Positions 43,449 to 54,732 are shown, counted from the stretch's first letter. The stretch: DNA of 64,000 nt from Histomonas meleagridis 2922-C6/04-290x (GCA_020184695.1 JAANOX010000035.1:62001-126000); one strand, 5' to 3'. Numbers and translations are program-made. The notes: generated by a model not told the origin, from the sequence alone.

Positions 43449-44096
43449 TTAAATGAACTTGCTTTTTTGCTTTGCAGCTTTTTGTTTTTGATTATTGATT
43501 TGTCTCCATTGGATAGGATATTTCATCAACAAAACAATGTAAAGAAGGTATGCAGCTGAAGATGCGAGTGGATGAATTTTACAAATTTTCGACAGACAAA
43601 AATAGAGAATAAATACAATTACACAAAAGATATCATAAATTAAGGTTGGTACTGATATTTTCTTTTCAACTACGCTGAAGAGGTGATCGCAGATGAAAAA
43701 TAAGAGGAATTGTGTTGTAAAAAACATAAGTTCTACTATCTGATGAACGTTTTGAATTCGAGGAATAGAAAGGGTTCCGAAGAAAATGATTGAAAATATT
43801 CCAAAAATTGGAAATAATAATGCTTCAAGTGAAAAGGATATTGGACGATGGTATATTCTATGTGGTGCATTAAAATAAATAATAACGTTGCTTAAGCAAA
43901 GGAGCATAGAAATACAGGAAATGAAAGAAAAGGCACCAGAAATATAACATTGAGGAGGGTTTTTGATTACGTCCAATGGAAATGGTAAGACATTATATGA
44001 TATCTCTCTCTTATGGCATCCGATTAATATGCAAATAACAAAAGAAGATAATGTTGATAAAAATGGAACCCAATAAACTTTCTGTGAGAATTCCAT
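43449..44096 (-). CDS. Multi-pass membrane protein, possibly Frag1/DRAM/Sfk1-like
   Basis: About 6 hydrophobic segments; LPFP...PPQCYI motif after TM1; first ATG is at 44096. Confidence 0.5.
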   Translation of the reverse strand: MEFSQKVYWVPFLSTLSSFVICILIGCHKREISYNVLPFPLDVIKNPPQCYISGAFSFISCISMLLCLSNVIIYFNAPHRIYHRPISFSLEALLFPIFGIFSIIFFGTLSIPRIQNVHQIVELMFFTTQFLLFFICDHLFSVVEKKISVPTLIYDIFCVIVFILYFCLSKICKIHPLASSAAYLLYIVLLMKYPIQWRQINNQKQKAAKQKSKFI

Positions 44097-44113
44097 AGCG
44101 AAATTTTTCAAAA

Positions 44114-44155
44114 TAAACGGCCTTTATCTGAAACTCAAAGAAATAAAGCCGTTTA
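44114..44155. promoter_or_regulatory. Inverted-repeat bidirectional promoter with two Myb-like (M3-type) sites
   Basis: TAAACGGCCTTTAT ... ATAAAGCCGTTTA (one bulge) between divergent ATGs at 44096 and 44188. Confidence 0.45.
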
Positions 44156-44187
44156 AATTTTTCATATCACATGTCGAAATTAGGATC

Positions 44188-46770
44188 ATGGAAGAACAAC
44201 TTGCAAGGTATTTATATGACACATTCAATTGTACAGACGAAGACCAAAGGAAAGCTTCCGAGCAAGCTATATGGGAGCTAACAAAAAATCAATTATTTTT
44301 TCCATCAATTTTAAATCTTATTCAAAGCAATCAAATCATATTATCAATTCGTCTTGCTGCCCTAAATTTCCTTGAAAAATGTACAACTCCATTTTGGGAG
44401 AATATTGATCCTAATATCAAGGAAATTATTCTTAATTCTATTCCAACTCTTTTAGAAAATTGCCCAAATGAAATGTTAAAAAGTTTGGCACATTTTTCTG
44501 GAAAACTAGTTTCTTTAGCATTTTACAGAAATGAGTGGGGAAATTTATTAGCAATTATTCAAAATGGTCTTACTAACCAAGTTCAATTAAAAAGTTCTCT
44601 GACATTAGCTCGGAGTATTTGTGGTTCACTTAAAAACGCGAAATCTAACTTATATTCATTTGCGAATGATTTTTCTATTCAACTTTTGAATCTTCTATCC
44701 CACCTAATTGCCAATACCCAAGATCTTCTTTATTTAACATATTCATATCATTGTATCTCAAGGCTTTTACAAGTTCGTATTCTTCCAATTTTTTCTTCTT
44801 TAACGGAACCATTGAATTTCTTTATTCAAAATTCAATATCAGTTCTGAAATATTCAAACGAACCGTTTTTCAATGAGTATTCTCAACAAGTCTTTAAATT
44901 CTTATTTCGCTCACATTATTTAATTCCTATTGATTATTATCCCCAATTTTTCCAAATAATTTTCCAACTCCTTCTTTTACCAAATTCTAATATTAAAGTC
45001 AAATGTTCCGTATTACAATTTTTAGACAAAATGATTGAAAAAGTTCAATTTCTTGAATTAGTTATACAAAATTTCCCAAATATTCTTAGTAATTTATTTT
45101 TACCATTTTATTCTCTTACTGAAGAAGATATACTTAATGCGGAACATGATGCGCCCAAATTTATTACAGATAATCATAAAATAAGTACAGAATTCGATGA
45201 CATTAAGACAAGTATATCAAACATATTATATCATTTAGCACAACAATGTAATGATGTTATAAATATTTGTTTAAATTTTGCATTTAATAAATTCCAAGAA
45301 TATATAACACAGAAAGTTATATCATTTGAATTATTTAGTTCATTTCATTTGATTTCATCAATAATTAATAGCGCTTCTAAAAAAGACAACAATTCGACGT
45401 TAACATTTTTTAGTAATATATTTGCATTATTTGAAGATCAAAATTCATTTGCACGTGCTTCATCATTTATGTTATTATCATATGCGACTAAACTTAATAT
45501 ACCAATTGAACTTATACAATTATGTATACAACACATTGCTGATGATTTCCATCTTGTTCGATATTATTCATCATTATGTTCATCAATAATATTTGCTAAG
45601 AAGAAATCAATTAATTATATTAATATTAAAAATCAATTTATAAATTCATTACCAAATATATTAAACATTTATTTGCAACTTTGTAATGAATTTAATAGTA
45701 CTGATTTATCTCAATCATTATTTTCATTAGTGTACTTCTTCGGCGATGAAATATTACCGATTGCACAAAACTTAATTGTCGAGTTATTAAAGATAATACC
45801 AAAAGTAACAAATGATAATGAATCAACAAGTCAAATCATTATAATAATTCAATCAATATCAGAACTAATAAAAATAATATCGAAAAATGAAAATTCTTTA
45901 GTATTAATTGTACCGATTTATAATTATTTACTTGAATTATTACCGAATATGTTTAATATGATATTCATTGATTCATATTTGTTGTTATTTAAACAAATAA
46001 TTCGAAGTAATCATTTCGTTAAGGACTTTTGGAACATAATAAAATTCTTAAGTTATCCAATTAATATCGAATTTTCTTATGTAATCGAATTACTTATATT
46101 TAAAGATATAAATTTCTTGGAATCAAATGATATATTACAAATATTATTTAATTACTTAATTCCAATTTTAAGTAATGATTGCATTGGTGATAACTTTAAT
46201 AATTTAATTCCAATAATTTGTGGAATTTTAATGAAAGTACAAAATATTAATAATGAATTTATTTCATTAATTTTGAAATGTATAATGTTGAGTTTAAATG
46301 AAGAAATTGATTTACTTCCAAAACTTTTAAATATTTTGTTGATTACAAATAACGATAAGATTTTAAACGTCTTCGGTGAACTGTTCGGTTTTTGGCTAAA
46401 TAACCCAATTTACCCTTATTCAATTCAAACTTCGATGATGCTGTATTCTATCGTAGGTATTGAAAACAAAGAAATAATTCTGAGAAATTTGATCGATGTT
46501 TTGCTTGAAAATATTCTATATGAAGATGCAAAAGATAATGAGATTGATGGAGAAGAAGACGATGACAATGATGAGGACGATGATGAATTAGATAAATGTG
46601 AATGGTTAAATACTATTGATGTCCTCAAGAATGCATGGGCATTCTTAAATATTATCGGAACACAGGATCCAGTAATGTTACAGAAAATGGATCAAGAAAA
46701 ACTACAAAAAATATCTGTTTTATGTCAAAGAATTTTTGAGAAACATGAAAGAAAAAATGGCTTTAATTAA
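44188..46770 (+). CDS. Importin-beta family karyopherin (importin-7/8-like)
   Basis: IBN_N-type start (QRKASEQAIWEL...SIRLAALNFLEK), HEAT-like body, acidic DGEEDDDNDEDDDE loop near the C-terminus. Confidence 0.75.
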   Translation: MEEQLARYLYDTFNCTDEDQRKASEQAIWELTKNQLFFPSILNLIQSNQIILSIRLAALNFLEKCTTPFWENIDPNIKEIILNSIPTLLENCPNEMLKSLAHFSGKLVSLAFYRNEWGNLLAIIQNGLTNQVQLKSSLTLARSICGSLKNAKSNLYSFANDFSIQLLNLLSHLIANTQDLLYLTYSYHCISRLLQVRILPIFSSLTEPLNFFIQNSISVLKYSNEPFFNEYSQQVFKFLFRSHYLIPIDYYPQFFQIIFQLLLLPNSNIKVKCSVLQFLDKMIEKVQFLELVIQNFPNILSNLFLPFYSLTEEDILNAEHDAPKFITDNHKISTEFDDIKTSISNILYHLAQQCNDVINICLNFAFNKFQEYITQKVISFELFSSFHLISSIINSASKKDNNSTLTFFSNIFALFEDQNSFARASSFMLLSYATKLNIPIELIQLCIQHIADDFHLVRYYSSLCSSIIFAKKKSINYINIKNQFINSLPNILNIYLQLCNEFNSTDLSQSLFSLVYFFGDEILPIAQNLIVELLKIIPKVTNDNESTSQIIIIIQSISELIKIISKNENSLVLIVPIYNYLLELLPNMFNMIFIDSYLLLFKQIIRSNHFVKDFWNIIKFLSYPINIEFSYVIELLIFKDINFLESNDILQILFNYLIPILSNDCIGDNFNNLIPIICGILMKVQNINNEFISLILKCIMLSLNEEIDLLPKLLNILLITNNDKILNVFGELFGFWLNNPIYPYSIQTSMMLYSIVGIENKEIILRNLIDVLLENILYEDAKDNEIDGEEDDDNDEDDDELDKCEWLNTIDVLKNAWAFLNIIGTQDPVMLQKMDQEKLQKISVLCQRIFEKHERKNGFN

Positions 46771-46848
46771 ATAAATAGAGTATAAATGTTCTTTTTATGT
46801 TTTGATATTTCTTTGGTGTGACATGTGATGTGAATTTTCTATGGTCAG

Positions 46849-47181
46849 ATGGACTTCAGCAGCTTAGCAGCAACCCTAAACGAAATTGTTGCCAAACAAA
46901 ATCAACCTGACCCAAACTTTAACCCTTATGCAATTCCAAAACCAACATCTTTTCCTCAACTCGATGCAGATCAGAAGTTAAAAGATATACAAAAACAGAA
47001 AAAAGAAAGTGAACTATCTCACAAAGCAAAAGTTGCACGTAATAAGAGAATCGAACGTGCACAAGGATATATGGACAAAATGGAAAAGAATGAGAAGTTG
47101 AAGAACAAAAAGAAAATTGATAAAGCTAAGAACAAAAGAAAGAAGAGAGCAGCAATGGAAAATAAAGAAAATGTTGAGTAA
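46849..47181 (+). CDS. Small lysine-rich protein
   Basis: 110-aa ATG ORF, K/R-rich C-terminal helix. Confidence 0.6.
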   Translation: MDFSSLAATLNEIVAKQNQPDPNFNPYAIPKPTSFPQLDADQKLKDIQKQKKESELSHKAKVARNKRIERAQGYMDKMEKNEKLKNKKKIDKAKNKRKKRAAMENKENVE

Positions 47182-47199
47182 ACTACCTATGTCGCATAT

Positions 47200-48003
47200 T
47201 TATTCATCCAACCGGAGAGTGACAGCACGATTTGGCCTGACAAAATTAGGACTTCCGAGAAGTTGGAATGGAACAAATGGAATTAATGATTTGTGACGTA
47301 GCTTGCGTGTTTCGATGAAGTATTGAACATCATTTTTGTTGATTGGTGGTGATGATAAAATTACCATATCTTCCGCTGTGATGAATGGAGACAATTCAAC
47401 ACCTTCAAATATCTTGTCACTTTGATCTATTAACATGGCAATTGCTTTATTTTGCATTCCGTTAATTTTAATTTGTTTTTCATAATTTTTAACTTTTTTC
47501 TTGGAGGCCATTATGTTGGGAGAGAAAACAATGGCAAGGTTAGTGGAGTTCATCTTGGATGTTGGATTTTGAGTGATATCTTTTAAGTACTTAAAGAGAT
47601 AAGCAAATGTTTGAAGACGAACAGACGTAAGATTTTTCAACAAAGACTTGAACTTTTGAATACCTTCTTCAACGTTTTGCATTTCTGGTATTGCAATTAC
47701 ATCATCAAAATATTCAAATGGAAGAAGTGGATCAATTTCAACTATATCACGAAAATATTTCTTTAACGCGCATGAAAGTATATGAACATCAGTAATGTGA
47801 GAAAGGTCAGCCCTTCCATTGTCAAGACGAGAGCAAAGATTATCAACTTCACCAGTTGGACCACTTAATCGAAAAATTCCTTCAACGCTTTCAGCGTTAA
47901 GCTCTCTCATTCTCTCGATAAGGTCAGTGACGATGAATGGTATCTTACCTCCAAATTCCTCTGGTGATCTTGTAAAGTACTGAGGATAATCAAAGGTGCT
48001 CAT
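47200..48003 (-). CDS. RhoGAP domain protein
   Basis: IPFIVTDLI, arginine finger EGIFRLSG, LKKYFR, KMNSTNLAIVFSPNI. First ATG is at 48003. Confidence 0.9.
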   Translation of the reverse strand: MSTFDYPQYFTRSPEEFGGKIPFIVTDLIERMRELNAESVEGIFRLSGPTGEVDNLCSRLDNGRADLSHITDVHILSCALKKYFRDIVEIDPLLPFEYFDDVIAIPEMQNVEEGIQKFKSLLKNLTSVRLQTFAYLFKYLKDITQNPTSKMNSTNLAIVFSPNIMASKKKVKNYEKQIKINGMQNKAIAMLIDQSDKIFEGVELSPFITAEDMVILSSPPINKNDVQYFIETRKLRHKSLIPFVPFQLLGSPNFVRPNRAVTLRLDE

Positions 48004-49043
48004 TATCCACTTTTGTTTATTTATATTTTTGTCTTTTTTCACAATTTTACATAAAACCGATAAAGATTTGGTGCAAAAAAAAATAGTAAAAAAAGTGCCA
48101 AAAGTTAAGTGAAAATTTTACATGAACACCAAATAATTTAAAAATTTTTTTATAACCAAGTTATATCCTCTATAGTTGCTTTTAATATTTTTATCGTTTT
48201 GATTTCAAAATATTTAATATATAAAATGAGATAAAAATCAGTTTTCATGTTTATTGTTTTTTTACCAAAATAATGTTTTAAAACAGAAGAAGAAGTGAGG
48301 TATTCTATAAAGTTTTATCATACTAAACATTTTAGATCTATGAAAATTATATTTGAAATTTTATCATCATTTATTTTATATAAATTGTGCTTTGAATTTA
48401 AAGAAGATTTAATTTGTTTTACGCTGCTATTATTCTTAATGAAGGACTGAATAGAACACATTAATACATATATAAGTGGATGACAATACCTTCATGTAGA
48501 ATTACAAAAAAAAATCAAACATTTCTTATGTAAATATAATACAAACAAATGTAATCAATGATGATTACGAATATTGGATCGTTTTTTCAGCGGTTCCAAA
48601 TTCAATATCATTGAAATTTCAGTACGACGTTCAGAATTTAATCGGTGAACAGTTCACTTTTGAACGATAGCTATAAAGTTACTTCCTTGGCATAGCTTAT
48701 TCTCATGAAGAACTTAATATTAATGGCCAATACCTTCCAATCTTCGCCTAGTGTTAATCAACCCCCAAATATTCTAAGTAATTACAGAATTATCACCAAA
48801 TTCTTTCTTTTTTTTCGCATTGGTTTAGCAAACATCAGTAAGCTGTTCACTGCGTCTATTGATGTAAAGAGTTGTTATTCTTTTTTTAATTATTATTACT
48901 TTAAATATTTTTTTGATACACAAACGATGTATATAATATATCTATTTTTATTCATGACTTTGGTTATTTCTTTGATTCTTCTACAAAAAATGTTCAATTC
49001 ATTGAAACAATATTTTAATCAAAAATGTTTTTTCATATTTAAA

Positions 49044-51285
49044 ATGAAGAATGAACCAATTTATAATATATTTTTTATCATAATATTTTTCACATTCACG
49101 TTCCAAGGATTTAATTCTGCGACATCTACAATTACAATATCTCAAGAAAGTGATTTTAATGATATCATAATTTACAGGAACTCAATCAAATATGCAATTA
49201 TTGAGAATGTTATTCAAATTCCAGATAGTGCATTTTCATCATGTGCGCAATTGTTAAATGTTGATATTGGTGAAAATGTTAAAATAATCGGAACATCTGC
49301 ATTTTCATTGTGCACACATTTGTTAAATGTTAGTATTGGTGAAAATGTTAAAATAATCGGAACATCTGCATTTTCATTGTGCACACAATTGTTAAATGTT
49401 GATATTGGTGAAAATGTTAAAAGAATCGGAACATATGTATAAATATTTATTTGATTCATGCGCTTCATTAACAAACATTATAATTCCAAAATCAGTTTTA
49501 TTAATTGGAACGAATGTATTTTTTGGATGTACAAATCTTCAATATATAAATGTTTCTAAAGATAATCAGAATTATTCCAATTATGAAAATGATGGAGTTC
49601 TTTATAATAAAGATATAACACGAATTATATGTAAACCAGCAGGAAACAAAAATTCATTTACAATTCCAAGTTCTATAACGATAATTGATTCGATGGCATT
49701 CTGTCAATCATCGATAACGAATATTATAATTCCAAATAATGTTACAATCATTGGAGATTCATCATTTCGACTTTGTGAAAATTTGACAAATGTTACTATT
49801 GGAGATAATGTTAAAGAAATAGGAACATCAGCATTTGAATCATGTATTTCATTATCAAATATTATAATTCCAAATAATGTTACAATCATTGGAGATTCAT
49901 CATTTCGACTTTGTGGAAATTTGACAAATGTTACTATTGGAGATAATGTTAAAGAAATAGGAACATCAGCATTTGAATCATGCACTTCATTATCAAATAT
50001 TATAATACCAAATAATGTTACAATCATTGGAGATTCAGCATTTCGACTTTGTGGAAATTTGACAAATGTTACTATTGGAGATAATGTTAAAGAAATAGGA
50101 ACATCAGCATTTGAATCATGCACTTCATTATCAAATATTATAATACCAAATAATGTTACAATCATTGGAGATTCAGCATTTCGACTTTGTGGAAATTTGA
50201 CAAATGTTACTATTGGAGATAATGTTAAAGAAATAGGAACATCAGCATTTGAATCATGCACTTCATTATCAAATATAGTAATTCCAAAATTAATCAAAAA
50301 AATTGGAATAGGAACATTTCATAATTGTATGAAACTTCAATCAATCAATGTATCTAAAGACAATTCGAATTATTCCAATTATGAAAATGATGGATTCTCT
50401 ACTCTAATTCTATATGATAAAAATATTTCAGAAGTCATATGTTATCCAACAGGATATTTAGATAATACATTTTTTATTCCAATTTCTATCACTACGATTT
50501 GTGAGTATTCATTTGATATCAGTTATAATTTAGAAAATATTTTTCTTAAAGAAAATGTGAAAACTATTGAAGACAATTCATTTTATAATTGTAATAATCT
50601 CAAATGCATTTATTATTATGGGGATACAATTATTGAAAATATAAAAGCATTTATTAATATTAATGCGAGTATAATCATGACACTAAAATCATATACATCT
50701 GATAAATTCTGTGGTTTGAGTGTTTCTAAAGGCACTACAATTGAAGGATGTCTTGCATGGCCCACACAATCATTTACACAATCGAACACATTCACAAATT
50801 CAAATACATTTACACATTCGAACACATTCACACAATCAAATAAATTCACTAATCTCACACTCACATTCACACTCACCATTACTCACACGTTATCACTTGT
50901 TATATCGCACCATAACTCATTTACTCATTCCGGCTGATCATACATTACCACCGATTTCATACACTACGACTACACAGTTATCATATTTACGTTTTACATC
51001 AGCTTTTACACCGATTTCTTCACCATAATGCACACAAGAGAAGCAACAGAAAGCACTCTCACTAAAGCCGAGCTAATTGGAATCATTTGCGGGGCCATAG
51101 CATTCGTTCTGATTATGGTCGGCATCATCATATTCATTCTCAAAAGGAAGAATCCTCACCAAATTGAAGAGGTGGTTGAGGACGAGTCGTCTTCTGTGAA
51201 AGAGCAGAGAGAACTTATCGATGAAAATGTGCATGAGCTGGTGAAGAACGAAGACGACAAATGGCTTCTTGACAACAAAATTTAA
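49044..51285 (+). pseudogene. BspA-like (LRR_5) transmembrane surface protein gene broken by a 10-bp insertion and an in-frame TGA
   Basis: ATG 49044 after TCATATT, signal-like segment, LRRs. Removing 10 bp near 49437-49449 joins IGTY(L/V)FDSC to ORF 49396-50937. TQSNTF stalk. TGA at 50935 is in frame with the TM/tail ORF 51028-51285 (LIGIICGAIAFVLIMVGIIIFIL-KRK). Confidence 0.85.
49720..50271 (+). repeat. Four near-identical 138-bp tandem repeats (two LRR units each) inside the BspA gene
   Basis: Units start at 49720, 49858, 49996 and 50134; copies 3 and 4 are identical. Confidence 0.9.
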
Positions 51286-51443
51286 ATTTAAGCCATTTAT
51301 TCATTAAATTTTTTTTTCATTTTGTTATAACTTAAATATGCTCCGTAACTTTCCCTAAGGCATAACGGCATTTAAAGCGGTAATATTAATTTTATTTATA
51401 AGTTTGAAGATTCATAAAATTTTATATTTCACATTCTGTTTAT

Positions 51444-53342
51444 TTAAATCAAAATCTGGTCTTGTATCAAATCGCTGTTGCTACTTCTATTCCTGACTTC
51501 CTTTAATGCGCTCCTTATATAGAAACACAAAGCCACCAAGAAATACAAAGGCGCAAACACAAACTCCGGGCTTGTCAGCGACGTCTTAAGCCCGTGCATT
51601 TCGGTGATGTTTCGAATGAGAATGACAATTCCGGCATAAAACGAAAGGTAAATGATGACGTCCATCACAAATATCGAGGTTCGGACTTTCGTAGCATCAA
51701 TTGCTGAAGCAAATAATATCACCGGAATGATGACAAAGCTTAAATAAAAGACATTAAGTCGAAGGCCTCGAAATATAAATATGTTCTTCCCAACAGAACA
51801 ATAGCCCCACGCCCACATAATGGCTACTTTACCATCAATGGTAAAAAAGTATGTAGGCAATATAAGTGAGAAAAGAGCACAGAGAAAAATGGGAATCCGA
51901 ATATATGATGGAGAATTGTTTAAACGGTGCTTAACCGTCAGAAAACCGCCAAAAATTGCTATCGCCCAATGGCTTTCTGATTCTTGGCTTCGCATCCACC
52001 TGTCGAAGGCTTCGCTGACACCAGTGAAACTAACAGGAAGAGCTAAGACAAGAACAACAACTAAGAGAAAGATATAGATGAATATATATGAAATTGAAGC
52101 CGGAATGTCATACTGCTTTTCCTTGAACCCAATGATTGTTTCACCAATAGCAAATGAAACTGATCTGTTCCAATCACCTGTAATATTAAGATCATATTTC
52201 CCTTCTCCAATTTCTAATGGACATGAACATAACTGAACACCATCTTTAATTGAGTGGCAGGTTAATGTTTCTGTTTTATCAATTACACTTGCAGTCAGAT
52301 TTATGGGTTTATTTGTAAATACTAAAACTCGAACTTCTGTACTTAACTCGTTAAACACATCAAGTCCACTTGCTTGCTTTAATGGAATTGGGTTTGTTAT
52401 AACAGCAATAATCTCTTGATCTAAATCTATCTCATGGTATGCCGACCGTTTATTGTCAAAAGTGACAAGGCCGATACTGTTGTGTCTGAAAAGTGGGGTG
52501 CCCACAACCTCTAACGTATCCCCGTGATGGTAATATTGAGTTGTCTGAGGATGCAGATGACCTGCGAGGAAGTAACGCGCTGTTGGATTAAGGAGTAATA
52601 TATCAGATAGAGCATAATTTGAGGTGGACGCAAAGTTAGGATACCAACCAAGGACAGGAAAATGAGATAAAAGAATTGTGTAATCAGCAGATGCTTTTTT
52701 GAGTTCATTAATTATGGCTGTACGAAGGGCATATTTTGGAAAAGCCCAGTCCTCTAATTTCTCTGTGGGCGCAGGGAATTGGAATGTGTTAACAGAAATG
52801 GTGCTGAAAGTAAATCCTTCAATCTCGAAAATTTCTTTCTTAAGTTCGTAAGTGTCAGGATCGTAGATAATTCCTTTGGCATAATTATGCTCAGAATCAA
52901 TTGATGAAAGATCAAATACATCATGATTACCTGCACAGTAAACAATAAGATCAGATGAAATGTTGAGATCATTGAGAAGTTTTTGGTATAAATCCCAATC
53001 AGCTTTAACCATGGAGGTATACATGGGAGTGGTGCTATTCCTAGAACCATCTGTTATATCACCTGTCATTAAGATTTTATGTGGTTTGATGACATTGACA
53101 ACTTTAGACATTCTATCATAAATGTTACCATAACTTTCTACACGTTCTGAACTTAAGTGAGGATCAGTGATATGGGCCATCCAAACTGGAAGTTTTGAAG
53201 AATTCCATGTATATCCAGTTAAAGAAAAAAAATCATTAGTTGTATGTGAATCGTGAAATGGCGCAACTGCAATAAAGACCAACGCAAAAATCGCTACCCA
53301 TAAATATTGTGAAAGAATATACGGAATTATTAAGAGCCCCAT
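51444..53342 (-). CDS. TMEM62-like transmembrane metallophosphoesterase
   Basis: Calcineurin-like motifs HITDPH, TGDITD, AGNHD, SHFP, AGHLH, followed by several C-terminal TM helices. Confidence 0.8.
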   Translation of the reverse strand: MGLLIIPYILSQYLWVAIFALVFIAVAPFHDSHTTNDFFSLTGYTWNSSKLPVWMAHITDPHLSSERVESYGNIYDRMSKVVNVIKPHKILMTGDITDGSRNSTTPMYTSMVKADWDLYQKLLNDLNISSDLIVYCAGNHDVFDLSSIDSEHNYAKGIIYDPDTYELKKEIFEIEGFTFSTISVNTFQFPAPTEKLEDWAFPKYALRTAIINELKKASADYTILLSHFPVLGWYPNFASTSNYALSDILLLNPTARYFLAGHLHPQTTQYYHHGDTLEVVGTPLFRHNSIGLVTFDNKRSAYHEIDLDQEIIAVITNPIPLKQASGLDVFNELSTEVRVLVFTNKPINLTASVIDKTETLTCHSIKDGVQLCSCPLEIGEGKYDLNITGDWNRSVSFAIGETIIGFKEKQYDIPASISYIFIYIFLLVVVLVLALPVSFTGVSEAFDRWMRSQESESHWAIAIFGGFLTVKHRLNNSPSYIRIPIFLCALFSLILPTYFFTIDGKVAIMWAWGYCSVGKNIFIFRGLRLNVFYLSFVIIPVILFASAIDATKVRTSIFVMDVIIYLSFYAGIVILIRNITEMHGLKTSLTSPEFVFAPLYFLVALCFYIRSALKEVRNRSSNSDLIQDQILI

Positions 53343-53497
53343 TTGAATAGCTGATTTTATTAACGTTCTCTTTTTGACGCCGTTTTCTTGGAAAATGCCA
53401 TGAAATTACGGTTTTGTCAATGCAGCTTGGGGTACCCTGAATAAAGAGCAAAAAAAAAAAAAATGAAAATTGATTGGGGTTTAATTAGAAATTCACT

Positions 53498-54187
53498 TTA
53501 AAAACCACCACGAAGACGAAGAACTAAGTGGAGTGTTGAATCCTTTTGAATGGAATAATCTTGAAGTGTGTTGCCATCTTCAAGTTGTTTACCTGCGAAA
53601 ATTAAACGTTGTTGGTCTGGTGGGATACCTTCCTTATCTTGAATCTTGGACTTGACATCTTCAATGCGATCAGTTGGTTCAACTTCAAGTGTGATGTGCT
53701 TACCTGTGAGGGTCTTAACAAAGATTTGCATACCACCACGAAGACGGAGAACTAAGTGGAGTGTTGAATCCTTTTGGATGGAATAGTCTTGAAGTGTGTT
53801 GCCATCTTCAAGTTGTTTACCTGCGAAAATTAAACGTTGTTGGTCTGGTGGGATACCTTCCTTATCTTGAATCTTGGACTTGACATCTTCAATGCGATCA
53901 GTTGGTTCAACTTCAAGTGTGATGTGCTTACCTGTGAGGGTCTTAACAAAGATTTGCATACCACCACGAAGACGGAGAACTAAGTGGAGTGTTGAATCCT
54001 TTTGAATGGAATAATCTTGAAGTGTGTTGCCATCTTCAAGTTGTTTACCTGCGAAAATTAAACGTTGTTGGTCTGGTGGGATACCTTCCTTATCTTGGAT
54101 CTTGGACTTGACATCTTCAATGCGATCAGTTGGTTCAACTTCAAGTGTGATGTGCTTTCCTGTGAGGGTCTTAACGAAGATTTGCAT
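53498..54187 (-). CDS. UBI: Polyubiquitin (three 228-bp units plus terminal Phe)
   Basis: Three identical [15 protein letters not shown]...LRLRGG units; TCATTTC Inr upstream. Confidence 0.98.
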   Translation of the reverse strand: MQIFVKTLTGKHITLEVEPTDRIEDVKSKIQDKEGIPPDQQRLIFAGKQLEDGNTLQDYSIQKDSTLHLVLRLRGGMQIFVKTLTGKHITLEVEPTDRIEDVKSKIQDKEGIPPDQQRLIFAGKQLEDGNTLQDYSIQKDSTLHLVLRLRGGMQIFVKTLTGKHITLEVEPTDRIEDVKSKIQDKEGIPPDQQRLIFAGKQLEDGNTLQDYSIQKDSTLHLVLRLRGGF

Positions 54188-54732
54188 CTAAAGAAATGAA
54201 GTAAAGAGACCAAAATTTTCATTCAATTTTTTGGTCTGACACGTTTTATATTGCCAGTAAAACCATTGATTTCGTATTAACTTTTTCCGAAAGGACATAC
54301 AATTTTTTCAGGGGATGTGGTGAAAAAGTTAAAACCCGAAAAGTTCTTTTTGAAACGGTGCCCAGATGGAAAATTTTGTGATTTTTAATGTGAAAATTAT
54401 ATTTTATTTTTTAAAGATAATATCCAACACATGTGTTAATAATGCATCGAGTTTTATATAAATATTTTAATTTCTTTTTGCACATATCAATATAATTTGT
54501 TATCATCTTTTTAAGTGAATATTAACTTTGAAGTATAAATTTTAGTAAATTATATTAGAAACCTTAGGTGTTTAAAGAAATGTTTTTAACAGCGTATTCA
54601 ATGACATTGAGAGTGAATATTCACATATCAACATTTAAAATATGTTACCTTAAGGTAATAATACAAAACTAAAAATTCGTTTTCATAAGTCACATCTCAG
54701 TTTTACATTTATTTCTATGAAGACCTTAAAAA

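Noticed and set aside
5859-46828. GACATGTGA (5859, 46820; reverse at 44167) upstream of three ATGs
   Set aside because: Only three copies with inconsistent orientation; too few to call without genome-wide counts.
48570-48860. Palindromic or possibly decayed coding sequence upstream of BspA-2, and the long 5' extension of ORF 48705
   Set aside because: Multiple stops and no recognisable family; the BspA start is better placed at ATG 49044 behind an Inr.
2826-49450. BspA frameshifts as tiny introns
   Set aside because: The 8, 10 and 14-nt segments lack GT...AG ends and the trichomonad branch-point/3' motif, and are far below known intron sizes.
50935-50937. TGA codon reassignment or selenocysteine
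   Set aside because: TGA terminates normal genes in this window (19855, 21389, 41555), and no SECIS-like element was recognised.
54308-54332. CAGGGGATGTGGTGAAAAAGTT resembling a mariner TIR
   Set aside because: No partner inverted copy, no TA flank and poor identity to the TIR at 26626.
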